Below, one piece after another: positions 28,902-39,639 of a DNA stretch of 64,000 nt. Under the pieces are notes generated by a model. That model saw only the letters and a program-made list of their open reading frames with translations. It made no database searches and was not told the DNA's origin. Numbering within the stretch: position 1 is the first letter of the stretch; every line of letters begins with the position of its first letter. The DNA is taken from positions 1 through 64,000 of the IMG/VR virus record IMGVR_UViG_2529293038_000017; one strand, 5' to 3'. This stretch comes from a virus (Duplodnaviria; Heunggongvirae; Uroviricota; Caudoviricetes). A program made the translations under genes and the position numbers.

Positions 28902-30580
28902 TATGCTGCTCTCACAATATAATTGAAGGCAATGTTACGTGGGCGGGTTTCATTCCCCCCAGATAACTCCGTTCTGTATTGACTGGTAAATTTACCATTA
29001 ATCGCTCCTTCTTGGACGGCGTTATCTGTCGACAACAGGCTATCCCCCCCTCTGTCATTTGGCACCAATACCGTGTTATCCCACGCGTCCCATGACCGAA
29101 TATTATGATAATGACTTCCTGTTAACCACCCCTGTATGCTTAAGATGACCCTTCCCGCATCCACACCTCGCCCATCATCCCAACCACGGATAAACTCACC
29201 GCGTAAATCAGGTAATTTTAACGTTGGGTAAACCTTTGCCAGATTTGGGTACTTTTCAGAAGAAAATGCTGCTCCGTTACATTTCAGCCACCCCGTTGGT
29301 GGTGTGGCTGAGGGCCATGGAACAGGTACACCAACGGGCAGCGCCGAGCCTTCCCCTAAACCAAGGTAATTAAGAACGCTCTGAATACTGGGCTTACTAA
29401 GAATTGCACGTCCAACACTTGTCAGTGCAGTTAACGCGGCACGATCAACCCCTGTGAAATAAGGGAGTTTATCTGCTGCGGTAGCTAGTGCCGCTAGAGC
29501 AGTGAGCGTAGCGTCTGCCGCTTGCTTTCCATTAGCCAAATCATATGCAGCCTTGACAGCTTTCGGTGTAGCGGCCAGCACTTCAGACGTGCTGTTAGTG
29601 GCACTACTGAGCTGAGTGATGCCTTTCGCTGTCAATGAAGCTGTTGGCACACCAGTAATCTGATTCCAGGGATGTGTATGACTGGATGGTGCCTTTCCGG
29701 CTGCTAGATCGTATGCAGCTTTAACCGCTTTTGGCGTTGCAGCTAATGTTTCAGAAGTGCTGTTGGTGTCGCTACTGAGCTGAACTATCCCTTTTTGTGT
29801 CGTGGTTGCATCCTGGGCTGTATACTTCCCGTTAGCCAGGTCATATGCAGCCTTGACAGCTTTCGGTGTGGCGGCCAGCACTTCAGACGTGCTGTTAGTG
29901 GCACTACTGAGCTGAACTAATCCCTTTTGCGTTGTGCTTGCATCCTGCGCCGTATACTTGCTTTTCGCCAGATCGTAGGCTTTTTTAACTGCCAGCGAAC
30001 TCGCAGCAACATCACTTCTGGTACTGGTTACAGAGTCTGAAATATCAATGCCGATCGTGCGGTTGATACGCTCGGATGTATCAATCATCTCTTGAGTAAT
30101 GGTAGATACGCCAGCAGGGATATTCACCGTACAAACCAGCAGTTCCCCATCACCTAACTGATATGAATCGGTATAGGTTCTGGCAACAAATTCAGCTGCA
30201 TGAATATGTGACGCGGTATTCACCTGATAGGTATCTTCTCCAAGAAGGTATCTTCCCTTCAGCACAATTGCATATTTCTTGCCTGCGTTAAGTGCAAGAG
30301 AGATATCCTTACGATGCTGAATAGTTACCTGGTAGAATTCACCAATATCCACTGACGCCGCGCCAGCGGTTTTATCTCCATCCACTGAGGTGATTAACAG
30401 GTTCATCCCACCGCCAGGCTTAGGCAAGAAACCAGCATAAAATCCCGGGTCAACAATTCCCCTGAATTTTCGGTTTAGAGCGGCTGACAGATATGGTTCG
30501 TGGTATTGCACATCAGCCACCAGAGCCAACGACTCGGGTGATGGGTAAGTAACCGATGTAACAACTGTAACGTCATTCAT
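28901..30580 (-). CDS. S: Tail fibre protein S (about 559 aa)
   Basis: ATG at 30580 with AAGGA Shine-Dalgarno, 12 bp after the R stop. Internal 45-aa tandem repeats; C-terminal part lies inside the invertible segment. Confidence 0.75.
   Translation of the reverse strand: MNDVTVVTSVTYPSPESLALVADVQYHEPYLSAALNRKFRGIVDPGFYAGFLPKPGGGMNLLITSVDGDKTAGAASVDIGEFYQVTIQHRKDISLALNAGKKYAIVLKGRYLLGEDTYQVNTASHIHAAEFVARTYTDSYQLGDGELLVCTVNIPAGVSTITQEMIDTSERINRTIGIDISDSVTSTRSDVAASSLAVKKAYDLAKSKYTAQDASTTQKGLVQLSSATNSTSEVLAATPKAVKAAYDLANGKYTAQDATTTQKGIVQLSSDTNSTSETLAATPKAVKAAYDLAAGKAPSSHTHPWNQITGVPTASLTAKGITQLSSATNSTSEVLAATPKAVKAAYDLANGKQAADATLTALAALATAADKLPYFTGVDRAALTALTSVGRAILSKPSIQSVLNYLGLGEGSALPVGVPVPWPSATPPTGWLKCNGAAFSSEKYPNLAKVYPTLKLPDLRGEFIRGWDDGRGVDAGRVILSIQGWLTGSHYHNIRSWDAWDNTVLVPNDRGGDSLLSTDNAVQEGAINGKFTSQYRTELSGGNETRPRNIAFNYIVRAA
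29341..29366. promoter_or_regulatory. cix-like recombination site inside S (TTCCCCTAAACC-AA-GGTAATTAAGAA)
   Basis: Inverted relative to the site at 27770-27795; marks the constant/variable junction of S. Confidence 0.5.
29510..29990. repeat. Tandem repeats of about 150 bp within the tail-fibre gene (three copies)
   Basis: Identical 80-bp cores at 29541-29620 and 29841-29920, with a diverged middle copy. Encode the repeated peptide TAQDA.TTQKG.VQLSS.TNSTSE.LAATPKAVKAAYDLA. Confidence 0.8.
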
Positions 30581-30591
30581 CAAGCATATCC

Positions 30592-31026
30592 TTATGCTGT
30601 AGTCGAGTTTATGGCCATAACTGCGGTATATGTTTTGCCCACATACAGCGAGTCTTCCTGGACACAAATAATGGCGATTGGCTTATTCTCGTTATCCAGA
30701 ACAACCAGAGTGTTGAATGGGTAGTTTTTCCCTTCCTGCAACTGACTTTGATCAAGGTCCATTCGGACAGTAATTATCCCGCCTGAGTAGGTTGGGACGA
30801 GGTTGATGGTGCAAAATTGACTGGTCAGTTCTGCCAGATCGAAAGCCTTTGGCAGTTCTCCAATCTCATAAGTGCCATCTCCTTTCTTAGTAACCAGTGA
30901 ACTGGTACCGAAAACGGCCTTGCTGATTAAAAATCGAGAGCCTTTGTTAATGGACGATTCAGCGCGCCGCTGATAGTAATAGTCCAACAACTGACTCTTA
31001 TAGAGGTTTGTTGAGACGTCAGACAT
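30592..31026 (-). CDS. R: Tail-fibre/baseplate-associated protein (R-like, 144 aa)
   Basis: Immediately upstream of S in the same operon. Confidence 0.55.
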   Translation of the reverse strand: MSDVSTNLYKSQLLDYYYQRRAESSINKGSRFLISKAVFGTSSLVTKKGDGTYEIGELPKAFDLAELTSQFCTINLVPTYSGGIITVRMDLDQSQLQEGKNYPFNTLVVLDNENKPIAIICVQEDSLYVGKTYTAVMAINSTTA

Positions 31027-31104
31027 GATTTTCCCTAATCAATGTTGTGAAGCCTCATTGTAAGATAAGTAACTTGTCACCCCGCCCTGCGGACGGGGTG
31101 ATTG

Positions 31105-31944
31105 TCACGCATCGCTATCCAACAGCAAATCATCTGCGCGGGTGCGATCAAACGTAGGCGTTGCTTTCACAATAGTGCCGCCCGGCGTTGCAGTGATCGG
31201 GGCGTTAATCGACGTAACTTCAGTAAGCGAAGTTGTATCCGAAGTTTCAAACCAGCAGAATGCTTTTTCGGTATCAGAAATCTCATTCAAAGTGATCATG
31301 TCGGCCTGTTCATTTACAACAACCGACAAATAGAGCGTAAGCCCATCAAACACTATATGCAGTGGCAGTAGAGGCTTTACGAACTGATTAAACTTTCTGA
31401 GAATTTCTTCTGTAATTGCGGACTGATCTATCGTTCCAGTAATACCCATTGTCCGGGCCAGGTCGTTTATGGGAATACTGATCATTCCTCTGGAAGTCAG
31501 AAACATCTCGCCGAATGTGCCGCCGGTGGTTTCCAGTGTGCTTTCTGGAATCAGGACCGTGCCATAGGGATGACGTTCAAAGTCCACCGGAGCATATATT
31601 GGATCCCATAAAACCGATATACCGTTAAATTCGCGATAAATTGTCTGGTTTATAGGGCGTTCAGTACCCTTAAAATGGATCTCATCAAACCGCTGTTGTA
31701 ACAACATCGGAACGGAAGATGAATTCGACGTTCTGATAGTAAAAAACTGGCCAAGTTCATTTGTCCTAGTCTCCAGATCCTCCTTGCTCATGGAGAAAAT
31801 AGACTTCCGGTTGGTAATTCGCTCCAACCATGGGTCAACAAAGGTGTCCATCATTGACTGAACCAAATCAGCCAATGATTTATAAAGTAATGACTTTTGC
31901 TTAGCTGATGTAAGCCGGTTATTAAACCAGGAACGCTGCATCAC
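31105..31944 (-). CDS. Baseplate-associated protein (279 aa)
   Basis: Tail-operon position; stop overlaps the upstream baseplate gene. Confidence 0.55.
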   Translation of the reverse strand: MMQRSWFNNRLTSAKQKSLLYKSLADLVQSMMDTFVDPWLERITNRKSIFSMSKEDLETRTNELGQFFTIRTSNSSSVPMLLQQRFDEIHFKGTERPINQTIYREFNGISVLWDPIYAPVDFERHPYGTVLIPESTLETTGGTFGEMFLTSRGMISIPINDLARTMGITGTIDQSAITEEILRKFNQFVKPLLPLHIVFDGLTLYLSVVVNEQADMITLNEISDTEKAFCWFETSDTTSLTEVTSINAPITATPGGTIVKATPTFDRTRADDLLLDSDA

Positions 31945-33374
31945 TCCTCCTCATACGAAATATTAAAGGTGGAGTTTTCTGTATCCAGATAAACGAAATC
32001 GTAAAAGCCGTTGGACTCATTCCACTCGACAAATTCCAGATAAAAGTCGCGGAAATAACCCAGCGTTTCGATAAATGCCCAAACGTCTTTTTTCTTGATT
32101 AGGATGTACTTGCCGACACGGTTCGGATCAAAGAAAGTTGAGTCACGCCCAAATTTTGTTTCCAGTGCCGACTTCAGCTCATCAGTCACGTTCTCAATGG
32201 TCAGGCTTGCCGATATCCGCCCAGTGATAGTGATCTTAAAGGGGAGTTTTCTGACCTCTTTATACGAGAATTTCTTGTTCAACTCATTCGGCACCTTCTT
32301 AAAGGCAGCCAGGATCACTTCTTCAAGCTCTGACTGGCTTTTGTTTGGATGCCATCCTGAAATAAATATCTTATTGATATTCCGAACATTATAAGCACCA
32401 TCTAATTTCTCTTGCTGGCCTTCGCCCCATGCCTTTACCCAGGACAGTCCCGGGATGTTACGCACCAAAAAATACGTATAGTCCCCGCCCCATACGACCT
32501 GATCATCATAGGCAAGGTAATATTGTGCACGATTACGTGTGATCTCCGTTGTTTCGGCATCGGTACCTGCGGTTATGGGTGTCGTTGTCTTAACTGAAAT
32601 CAAATTAGCTAAATTAGCCGCAGAATCGACAGGCGTCAGGTTTTGGCCAGCAACCAGGGTTATATCTCCGTTGGTGCACCATACCTTAAGTGTAATGGTC
32701 GAGCCTTCTGGCGGTATTTGCCCAATTAGCCCATCACCGAATCGAACCCCCAACTGCTCGGATGGCTTATAAAACTCAACGTAGACCTGGCTTTTACTAC
32801 CGGCTAACCGGAACATAGTGCTGGAAGACCACTGCGTGGTCTTACCATCGGTCGTCACGAATACTTCCAGCTTATAGCAGACAGCAGTGAGAGCCTTTGA
32901 TAACACGACTTCCAGAAATTCTTTGGCTGCCGTAACGGTATATGTCACCTCCTGGATTTCCAACTGTGCCACTTCTACCGTACCGGTGCCGTCAACCAAC
33001 CTGCATACATCCATAGTCATGTAAGGGTACTGGTCGTCAGATATTAAAGGCATATTTTTGGGGATTACCGCTGGGGCATCTTCACTTGTGGCGGTGATCT
33101 CAATCATCCCCGATGACGGTGTTGGCTTGGTACCAACGTAACTATTCGTTTCTGCCGCTGCCAGGATAGAGGAACGCCGCGTCGCGGTCGATATAAAGCC
33201 TTCAGCCAGCGCCGCATCGGCATACTGAAAGCACCTGTAGACAATCTGGGTAATAAACAATGTCAGCATCGAGACAAATTGAGAGCCGACAAACTTCGAC
33301 CAGAATGAATCTTTCTCGACAAGCTCTTCAAACTCTGCACGAATACTGTCTTTAGTCGGTGTTGTTTTACTCAT
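31941..33374 (-). CDS. Baseplate protein (477 aa), bplA-like
   Basis: Size and position within the tail/baseplate operon; translationally coupled to neighbours. Confidence 0.6.
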   Translation of the reverse strand: MSKTTPTKDSIRAEFEELVEKDSFWSKFVGSQFVSMLTLFITQIVYRCFQYADAALAEGFISTATRRSSILAAAETNSYVGTKPTPSSGMIEITATSEDAPAVIPKNMPLISDDQYPYMTMDVCRLVDGTGTVEVAQLEIQEVTYTVTAAKEFLEVVLSKALTAVCYKLEVFVTTDGKTTQWSSSTMFRLAGSKSQVYVEFYKPSEQLGVRFGDGLIGQIPPEGSTITLKVWCTNGDITLVAGQNLTPVDSAANLANLISVKTTTPITAGTDAETTEITRNRAQYYLAYDDQVVWGGDYTYFLVRNIPGLSWVKAWGEGQQEKLDGAYNVRNINKIFISGWHPNKSQSELEEVILAAFKKVPNELNKKFSYKEVRKLPFKITITGRISASLTIENVTDELKSALETKFGRDSTFFDPNRVGKYILIKKKDVWAFIETLGYFRDFYLEFVEWNESNGFYDFVYLDTENSTFNISYEEE

Positions 33375-33730
33375 AGCACCACGTCCTGTGTGATAGTTAT
33401 ATCCCTGATACGAATGGATATTTTCAACTTATCAAAAGCATCTCCCTCGGCTACTGACAAGCCAGAAATCGGTATGTCAGGTAAATCTACCGTCAGTTTT
33501 TGCAACAGCATTGCCTCAACCGCAATTTGAACATGCGACAAGTTGGTCGGTTCGTGTTTAAACTGCGGTAAAACATTGCCCCATGACGGATCTCCGTATA
33601 CCTCACCCTGATAAGTGTTTAGCCACTCATATAAACGAGCGCCCCAGGCCTCCTCCTGGGACTCATACGTTTTTACGCCGGATAACTCCAGCGTCAGCAA
33701 AGGATCAATTTCGTTATTGTTGGCCATCAA
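33371..33730 (-). CDS. Small baseplate protein (119 aa), gpW/gp25-like
   Basis: Size and position immediately downstream of the Sit-like gene. Confidence 0.5.
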   Translation of the reverse strand: MMANNNEIDPLLTLELSGVKTYESQEEAWGARLYEWLNTYQGEVYGDPSWGNVLPQFKHEPTNLSHVQIAVEAMLLQKLTVDLPDIPISGLSVAEGDAFDKLKISIRIRDITITQDVVL

Positions 33731-36717
33731 TCAACTCTCGCGTAGTCATTCATCAACGGATCATCAATTGACAGTGGTACCGTGCGCATAACGCCCGGCT
33801 GAGGCGTGCTGACCTTTACGACAGTTCCCTGGCCTTTCGCCGAGTCTTTGGTGTGCTCTTCAATCCTGGCAAGCAATGAGGTCATCTGCGCAAACAGCCG
33901 CTTCGTTTCACCATCAAGTGAAACGGTATTATCAGCCAACTGCATTGTCGGCTTGGCACCGGAACCGCCAAGGTCACTAATAACCTGCCCGTCTATCTGC
34001 ATACGACCGGTTGGTTGCTGCAAATCGTTGGCGGCAGTCGTCACCTGGGACGTGGAGGCTGGTTCAGGCGCATTATTTTTCCGCATCCCCGGCGAGTTGC
34101 GGAGTTTATCGAATAGTCCATCAATCCCCATTTGTGCGCCGAGATGGTCAAAGTAACTTGAGTTGTTGGCCACCGGACGCGCCTCTTCAACTGGCATCGG
34201 AGTATCAACATACACATTGCCAGCTGCTGTTGCGGTCCCCTTCTCTCGTGCACGTTCTTCTAGCGTTCCCTGAACGACTTCCCGACGCATCCCCCGGCCA
34301 TTCATGAATTTGTTGACCAGATCGTTAACGCCAACAGCATTGCCGATTTTGTCGACCAGACCGCCTTTCTCAAACGGGCTATCACCAGGGGTAAACGCCA
34401 GGCCAGTATACTGATCGATAACAGCGTTATCAGGCAGTGGTCCCCTCACTCCATATTGCGCCCCACCCTGTGCTCCTGCTCCAGGTGTATAGATTTCACC
34501 ACCTAAATAGCGAGCACGATGAGTATTGACCTTGATCGCGTACTCACGGTTTTCTTTCGATAAGTCACCGGTGCCTTTTTTCCACTTATTAATAGTGCCA
34601 AACCCAGCATTATATGCAGTGATGGCCTCGTTTAAGTCTCCATTGGCTTGCTTAAGATACTTGCTCATGAGAAGAGCCGCAGCTTCTGCCGATTTCACAG
34701 GATCAAACGATTCACCTTCAGCTAAGCCAGTCTCTTCACGAGCAATCCCCGTGAACTGAAACATCCCCAGAGCACCGGTTTGGGATTTTGCATACGGATT
34801 ACCACCAGATTCAGTTGCAGCAATCGCGTAAAGAGTGCCTTCTGGAAGACCGTATTTATTCTCTAGTTCGGCAAAATACGGAGCCAACTTATCGAGATTT
34901 GCCTTACCTTCAGCGCCAAGACTTCCGACTTTTACATCTAAGTTGCCATTGTTGTAAGTATCCGCAGCTTTCTGAATGTCATTCCTGGTGCCAGTGGTAT
35001 TAAGCGACGATGATGACGAGCTATTTTGACCAATAGCTTTATCAATTTTCTGCAACGCGCTATTGCCCGTTTCTACGGCATTTGCATTGATAATCTGATT
35101 GGCAGTTTGTTTAACTGTTTTATTGCTATCTTTCGCTGTGTCCAGTGCCGCATTTATCACGCGGGTAGCAATATTACTCTGTTTGGCATCGGATTCAGTT
35201 TTAGAATCAGACGTCTCCTGGTGGCTATTAACCGGAGCTTTTAACTCCGGAGTGATTTCTTTCGCATTAGCCTCGCCGATCGGATTGGGTATTTTTGATA
35301 CAATCATTGCCGCAGGGGTATTTTTAACGGCATCAACCGCTGCATCTAATGCTTTACCAGGTAAATTTTTAACCCCATCCCAAATATTACCAGCCGCCTC
35401 TTTAATGTGTTTCCCTGGGTTCTTAATGAAATCAATTGCACTATCAATTGCATCACTGAAAACCTGTTTCAGGTTATCAACAGTAAAGAAGTCTTTGATG
35501 GCATCCAGCTTTTCAAGCAGCTTATTAGATGTATCGCTAAACCATGCTGAAACAGCATCACCAATCTTTGCTGTGTAATCTTCGAACTTGGTAGAAATGG
35601 TGTCGCCAAGGTTAGAAATATATGTTTCTAAGTTGGTAATCCCACTATCAATGGCCTGGGCAATACTTTCCGTCGAAAATGATTGCAACATATTGCCGAT
35701 ATCCTCAAATCCAAGTGATTTGAGAACCTCACCAATGGCGCTGCTAATACCAGATACCAGTCCCCCCATATCAAGAACATTGGCTAACGTATAAGCGGCT
35801 TTTTGCTGGAATGATGGCTCTTGTCCTGATTTAAGCCCAAACGCTCGACGTTGCGCTTCTGTATCATTCCAACCGGTTACCGCATCATAAATACCTCCAG
35901 CCACTGTGCCGACTAAGGGAATTGCGCGTAACGCCCCTTTACCAACTGCCTTTAATCCAAATTTACCTGCTGCCCGGGCAGCCAAATCTCCACCTTCATG
36001 GGCGATAGTCTTCTTGCCACCACCGCGTAGCATTCCTACAAGTTTCTTTGCCCCCAGAGCGCCAAAAGCGAGTGCTCCAGCTTTTTTCAGCATGCCACGC
36101 CCCATTAACAACGACGCGACGCCACCGGCCCCCTTCCCTAACAGGCTAAATAGTTTGGACAGCAAGCCGCCCTTCTTTTTCCCGGTGTTTTTGGCTATCT
36201 GATCAAGGGCGCTGAGAATCTTGTCATTGCCCTCTTTAATTTCGCTGGTCTGCTCCTGAAGTTCCTGAACCGTCCGTTTTTGGGTGTTAACCTGAACGAC
36301 ATCGGCACTATTTTGCGATTTACGCCTAAAAAAACCTTTTCTACGGCTGTTATCGTCATTGCCACGAATCACATCGGCAATAGACTTTCTGGCGCCATTA
36401 AGCGATCCACCAACTTCTTTTGATATCCCGCCAAGCTCCTTCCCTGCTGCCCACAATGGACCAGCAACGGCATAACCTAACGCATCGACGGCACGAGTCT
36501 CTGAAGGGTTACCTATGCCTTCAGCTACTTTTGACAGTTTTTTTAATAAACCTGATTCAGCATTTAGACGCTCATCATCCTCTTTGCGCCTGGCCTTTTC
36601 AGCACGTTCAGCACGGGCATCTTCCGCTGCGGCCTTACTCCCTGACTTTCCAATAAAACGACCACGCGCATCGCGTTGGTTTTGGCTTTTTTGCGCACCG
36701 CCTTTTTGATCGAACAT
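33727..36717 (-). CDS. sit: Sit-like tape-measure / structural injection transglycosylase (996 aa as annotated)
   Basis: Lytic transglycosylase motif (AIAATESGGNPYAKSQTGALGMFQF), Gly/Ala/Lys-rich low-complexity regions, no Shine-Dalgarno at the annotated ATG. Confidence 0.75.
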   Translation of the reverse strand: MFDQKGGAQKSQNQRDARGRFIGKSGSKAAAEDARAERAEKARRKEDDERLNAESGLLKKLSKVAEGIGNPSETRAVDALGYAVAGPLWAAGKELGGISKEVGGSLNGARKSIADVIRGNDDNSRRKGFFRRKSQNSADVVQVNTQKRTVQELQEQTSEIKEGNDKILSALDQIAKNTGKKKGGLLSKLFSLLGKGAGGVASLLMGRGMLKKAGALAFGALGAKKLVGMLRGGGKKTIAHEGGDLAARAAGKFGLKAVGKGALRAIPLVGTVAGGIYDAVTGWNDTEAQRRAFGLKSGQEPSFQQKAAYTLANVLDMGGLVSGISSAIGEVLKSLGFEDIGNMLQSFSTESIAQAIDSGITNLETYISNLGDTISTKFEDYTAKIGDAVSAWFSDTSNKLLEKLDAIKDFFTVDNLKQVFSDAIDSAIDFIKNPGKHIKEAAGNIWDGVKNLPGKALDAAVDAVKNTPAAMIVSKIPNPIGEANAKEITPELKAPVNSHQETSDSKTESDAKQSNIATRVINAALDTAKDSNKTVKQTANQIINANAVETGNSALQKIDKAIGQNSSSSSSLNTTGTRNDIQKAADTYNNGNLDVKVGSLGAEGKANLDKLAPYFAELENKYGLPEGTLYAIAATESGGNPYAKSQTGALGMFQFTGIAREETGLAEGESFDPVKSAEAAALLMSKYLKQANGDLNEAITAYNAGFGTINKWKKGTGDLSKENREYAIKVNTHRARYLGGEIYTPGAGAQGGAQYGVRGPLPDNAVIDQYTGLAFTPGDSPFEKGGLVDKIGNAVGVNDLVNKFMNGRGMRREVVQGTLEERAREKGTATAAGNVYVDTPMPVEEARPVANNSSYFDHLGAQMGIDGLFDKLRNSPGMRKNNAPEPASTSQVTTAANDLQQPTGRMQIDGQVISDLGGSGAKPTMQLADNTVSLDGETKRLFAQMTSLLARIEEHTKDSAKGQGTVVKVSTPQPGVMRTVPLSIDDPLMNDYARVD

Positions 36718-36755
36718 TTCGCGAGCGTGTTCGGCTGCTTCGGTCCGTTGTGCCT

Positions 36756-37415
36756 TTATATCCTCTGATATAGCCTTCCTGCGTCTTTTTTACCCTTTGG
36801 TGTAGTTGATTTGGCCTGCTGTTCCTGTTGAGCAATGCCCTCCTGAACTACACGAGAAACGTCCCCTAAATTAAGCCGTTTCATTGCGTCAACAATAGGG
36901 TCTACTGATGGCGCATTGGCCACAAAGTCTGGCCGGGAATTTTCGATTGTTCGATTTAATGCCGACACACTGCGAGATACTGGGTCAACCGTTGCAACGC
37001 GTTCCCCTTTCAAATCACGAGCGAGTTTGACCGTTTCTAACCGCTGTGCTTTAACATCCTCTGTTATTGCCTCTCTTCGTCTATTTGGGGGATTGTGCGC
37101 TGTTGGTGCAGCCTGCTGTTCACGGTTAGTGACTTTGTCCTCCCGTATACGAGAAACGTCCCCTAAATTAAGCCGTTTCATTGCGTCAACAATAGAGTCC
37201 ACTGATGGCACATTGGTCACAAAGTCAGGACGTGAATTTTCGATTGTGCGATTTAATGCCGACACACTGCGAGAGACAGGATCAACAGTTGCAACTCGTT
37301 CCCCTTTCAAATCTTCAACAGCTTCCCGAATACCTGCAAGCTCTTCCAGCTCTTTCGCGCTGGCGGTTTCAACTGTCCTTATAACATCGTCAATATTGGC
37401 GTTTTTTCTTTCCAT
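36756..37415 (-). CDS. Repeat-containing protein (219 aa) upstream of sit; possibly the N-terminal part of a frameshift-split sit gene
   Basis: Carries two copies of an approximately 80-aa repeat. Ends 38 bp upstream of the sit ATG in another frame; an A6 run lies at its 3' end. Confidence 0.55.
   Translation of the reverse strand: MERKNANIDDVIRTVETASAKELEELAGIREAVEDLKGERVATVDPVSRSVSALNRTIENSRPDFVTNVPSVDSIVDAMKRLNLGDVSRIREDKVTNREQQAAPTAHNPPNRRREAITEDVKAQRLETVKLARDLKGERVATVDPVSRSVSALNRTIENSRPDFVANAPSVDPIVDAMKRLNLGDVSRVVQEGIAQQEQQAKSTTPKGKKDAGRLYQRI
36810..37400. repeat. Tandem duplication, two copies of about 298 bp
   Basis: Copy cores 36851-37016 and 37149-37313 are about 90% identical. Confidence 0.8.
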
Positions 37416-37496
37416 GATCTTATCGCCTACCGTTTCGGTTTAAGTTTTTCTTCCAGTTTCTCCAACAGGAAAAACGCATAGGATTCAGTAAGCCTT

Positions 37497-38378
37497 TCAG
37501 CGTCCTGAATCGGTATACCCCCATACAAAACCAGGTTGGACACTAAGGTCTGATAGCTTTTCAATCCCCACCTGTGGAATGAAGTCGGTAGCCCGAAAGG
37601 GCACCCACAGACGGGTATACGCACCCTCTGTGGACTCCTTTGTATCCTGGTTTGGGCATTTGTGCGGCGGGAGACGAAGACGCATTTCGCCTTTATCGAT
37701 GTAGCACGGTAAACCATGTTCGAGCTTTTCATTAGCCAGCCGGATGTGTGCCGCCAGCTTCATAAATTCAGTATCAATGGCCATCCGTTTGATCGTTTCA
37801 TAACGACGCTCAGCCTGCTCTTCACGAGTACCGCTAACATCGTTATAAAGTTCACACTGATAAGCGAATTCCCAAAAACGCAAATCAACGATCGCTTCTT
37901 TGAATTCCGCGTCGTCTTCAGGTGGCAATGCTGCTCGGCGCATCTCCAGCATTTCCATTGCCCAACCATCAAGCGGCACGATACGCCATTGATAAGGCAC
38001 GCCCTCTACAGACACCTCAATATCGTCAATGAACGGTTCCACTTCCAGGACCTGGATATCTTCAGCCAGAGCATTCATATCGCAATCGTAATAATGCTCT
38101 TTACCGCAATGTTTACAGGTGTAGGTAAATGTCTCGATCGGTGTTTCGCGGGAGCCAGTAAATATCCACCATAACGCGGTAATCCGGTCCTGTGCCGTCC
38201 ATTTCAGTGGATCATGTTTCGCAGCTTCAGCCAGCAAGGCTTTTAAATACGCTGTTGTCTGCTGTTCTTGTTCCTCCGGTGTTATCGAGTTGAAACGCAT
38301 CGCATCAGCAATATTTGGCTGACGGAACTGGATTAATTCAGTTGGCCGCGATGGTAGCGGGAAAAGGGGTAAAAGCAT
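37497..38378 (-). CDS. Hypothetical tail-region protein (293 aa) with CxxC...C motif
   Basis: ATG at 38378 with AAGGAG Shine-Dalgarno; CKHCGKEHYYDC motif. Confidence 0.55.
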   Translation of the reverse strand: MLLPLFPLPSRPTELIQFRQPNIADAMRFNSITPEEQEQQTTAYLKALLAEAAKHDPLKWTAQDRITALWWIFTGSRETPIETFTYTCKHCGKEHYYDCDMNALAEDIQVLEVEPFIDDIEVSVEGVPYQWRIVPLDGWAMEMLEMRRAALPPEDDAEFKEAIVDLRFWEFAYQCELYNDVSGTREEQAERRYETIKRMAIDTEFMKLAAHIRLANEKLEHGLPCYIDKGEMRLRLPPHKCPNQDTKESTEGAYTRLWVPFRATDFIPQVGIEKLSDLSVQPGFVWGYTDSGR

Positions 38379-38392
38379 CCTTGCTCCTTAAT

Positions 38393-39004
38393 TTAAAGAG
38401 AAAAACTAAAGCCCAGAAGGGAAGCCAAAGAACTTGAGGATTGGTTAAACGTGCTGTGCAATGCGAAGGTCATTGGGAATGACTTAAATTCCGTGACCTG
38501 ATCCCGCGCATAGGTGACATCGCCGGTAGTAACCGGGAATACCGTCATCTCATTTTCCAGTTTGGTTAAACCGGAAGACAGCAACCGATAAATACGCACA
38601 TTGAGCAAATATTTAGACGGTATATTCCCAGTACCGTCCGGATTGATCACCCGACTTTTTGCCGTCTTAAACCAGTCCAAAACGAGGCCATCAACGGTAT
38701 CCCTGACCATCATTGTTATCTGCCCAGGCGAACGCTCCGTTGGTTGAAGGATATTCCCTCCGCCGATTTTAATCGTTTCATATTCGATGCTGTAATCGTG
38801 GTAGGTAATATCTTTGGCAAAGAAGTCTGCCCCCTCCAGTCCATCAACTTCGACAGAGAACTGCCATCCTTGCGCGAACAACATTTTGTTCATGATGATT
38901 GACGTCAGCTTACCAACTTCCCGCTCACCAACGCCGGAGCCAAATAATGTCGTCGTTAATGCCGAAGATACATAAGACTTTACTGAAGCAACATTAAGCC
39001 CCAT
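38393..39004 (-). CDS. Tail tube-like protein (203 aa)
   Basis: GAGGGAG Shine-Dalgarno. Size and position consistent with a tail tube gene; assignment is tentative. Confidence 0.5.
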   Translation of the reverse strand: MGLNVASVKSYVSSALTTTLFGSGVGEREVGKLTSIIMNKMLFAQGWQFSVEVDGLEGADFFAKDITYHDYSIEYETIKIGGGNILQPTERSPGQITMMVRDTVDGLVLDWFKTAKSRVINPDGTGNIPSKYLLNVRIYRLLSSGLTKLENEMTVFPVTTGDVTYARDQVTEFKSFPMTFALHSTFNQSSSSLASLLGFSFSL

Positions 39005-39014
39005 ATCAGCTCCC

Positions 39015-39605
<591 letters not shown>

Positions 39606-39639
39606 TTAACCGATTCTACGAGTAGTCATTTGTGACAGG

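Larger units (their letters stand above)
27770..29366. other. Invertible C-segment (about 1.6 kb) carrying alternative tail-fibre C-termini
   Basis: Bounded by inverted cix-like sites. The two flanking coding stretches share the peptide LGEGSALPVGVPVPWPSATPPTGWLKCNGAAFS in opposite orientation. Confidence 0.6.
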
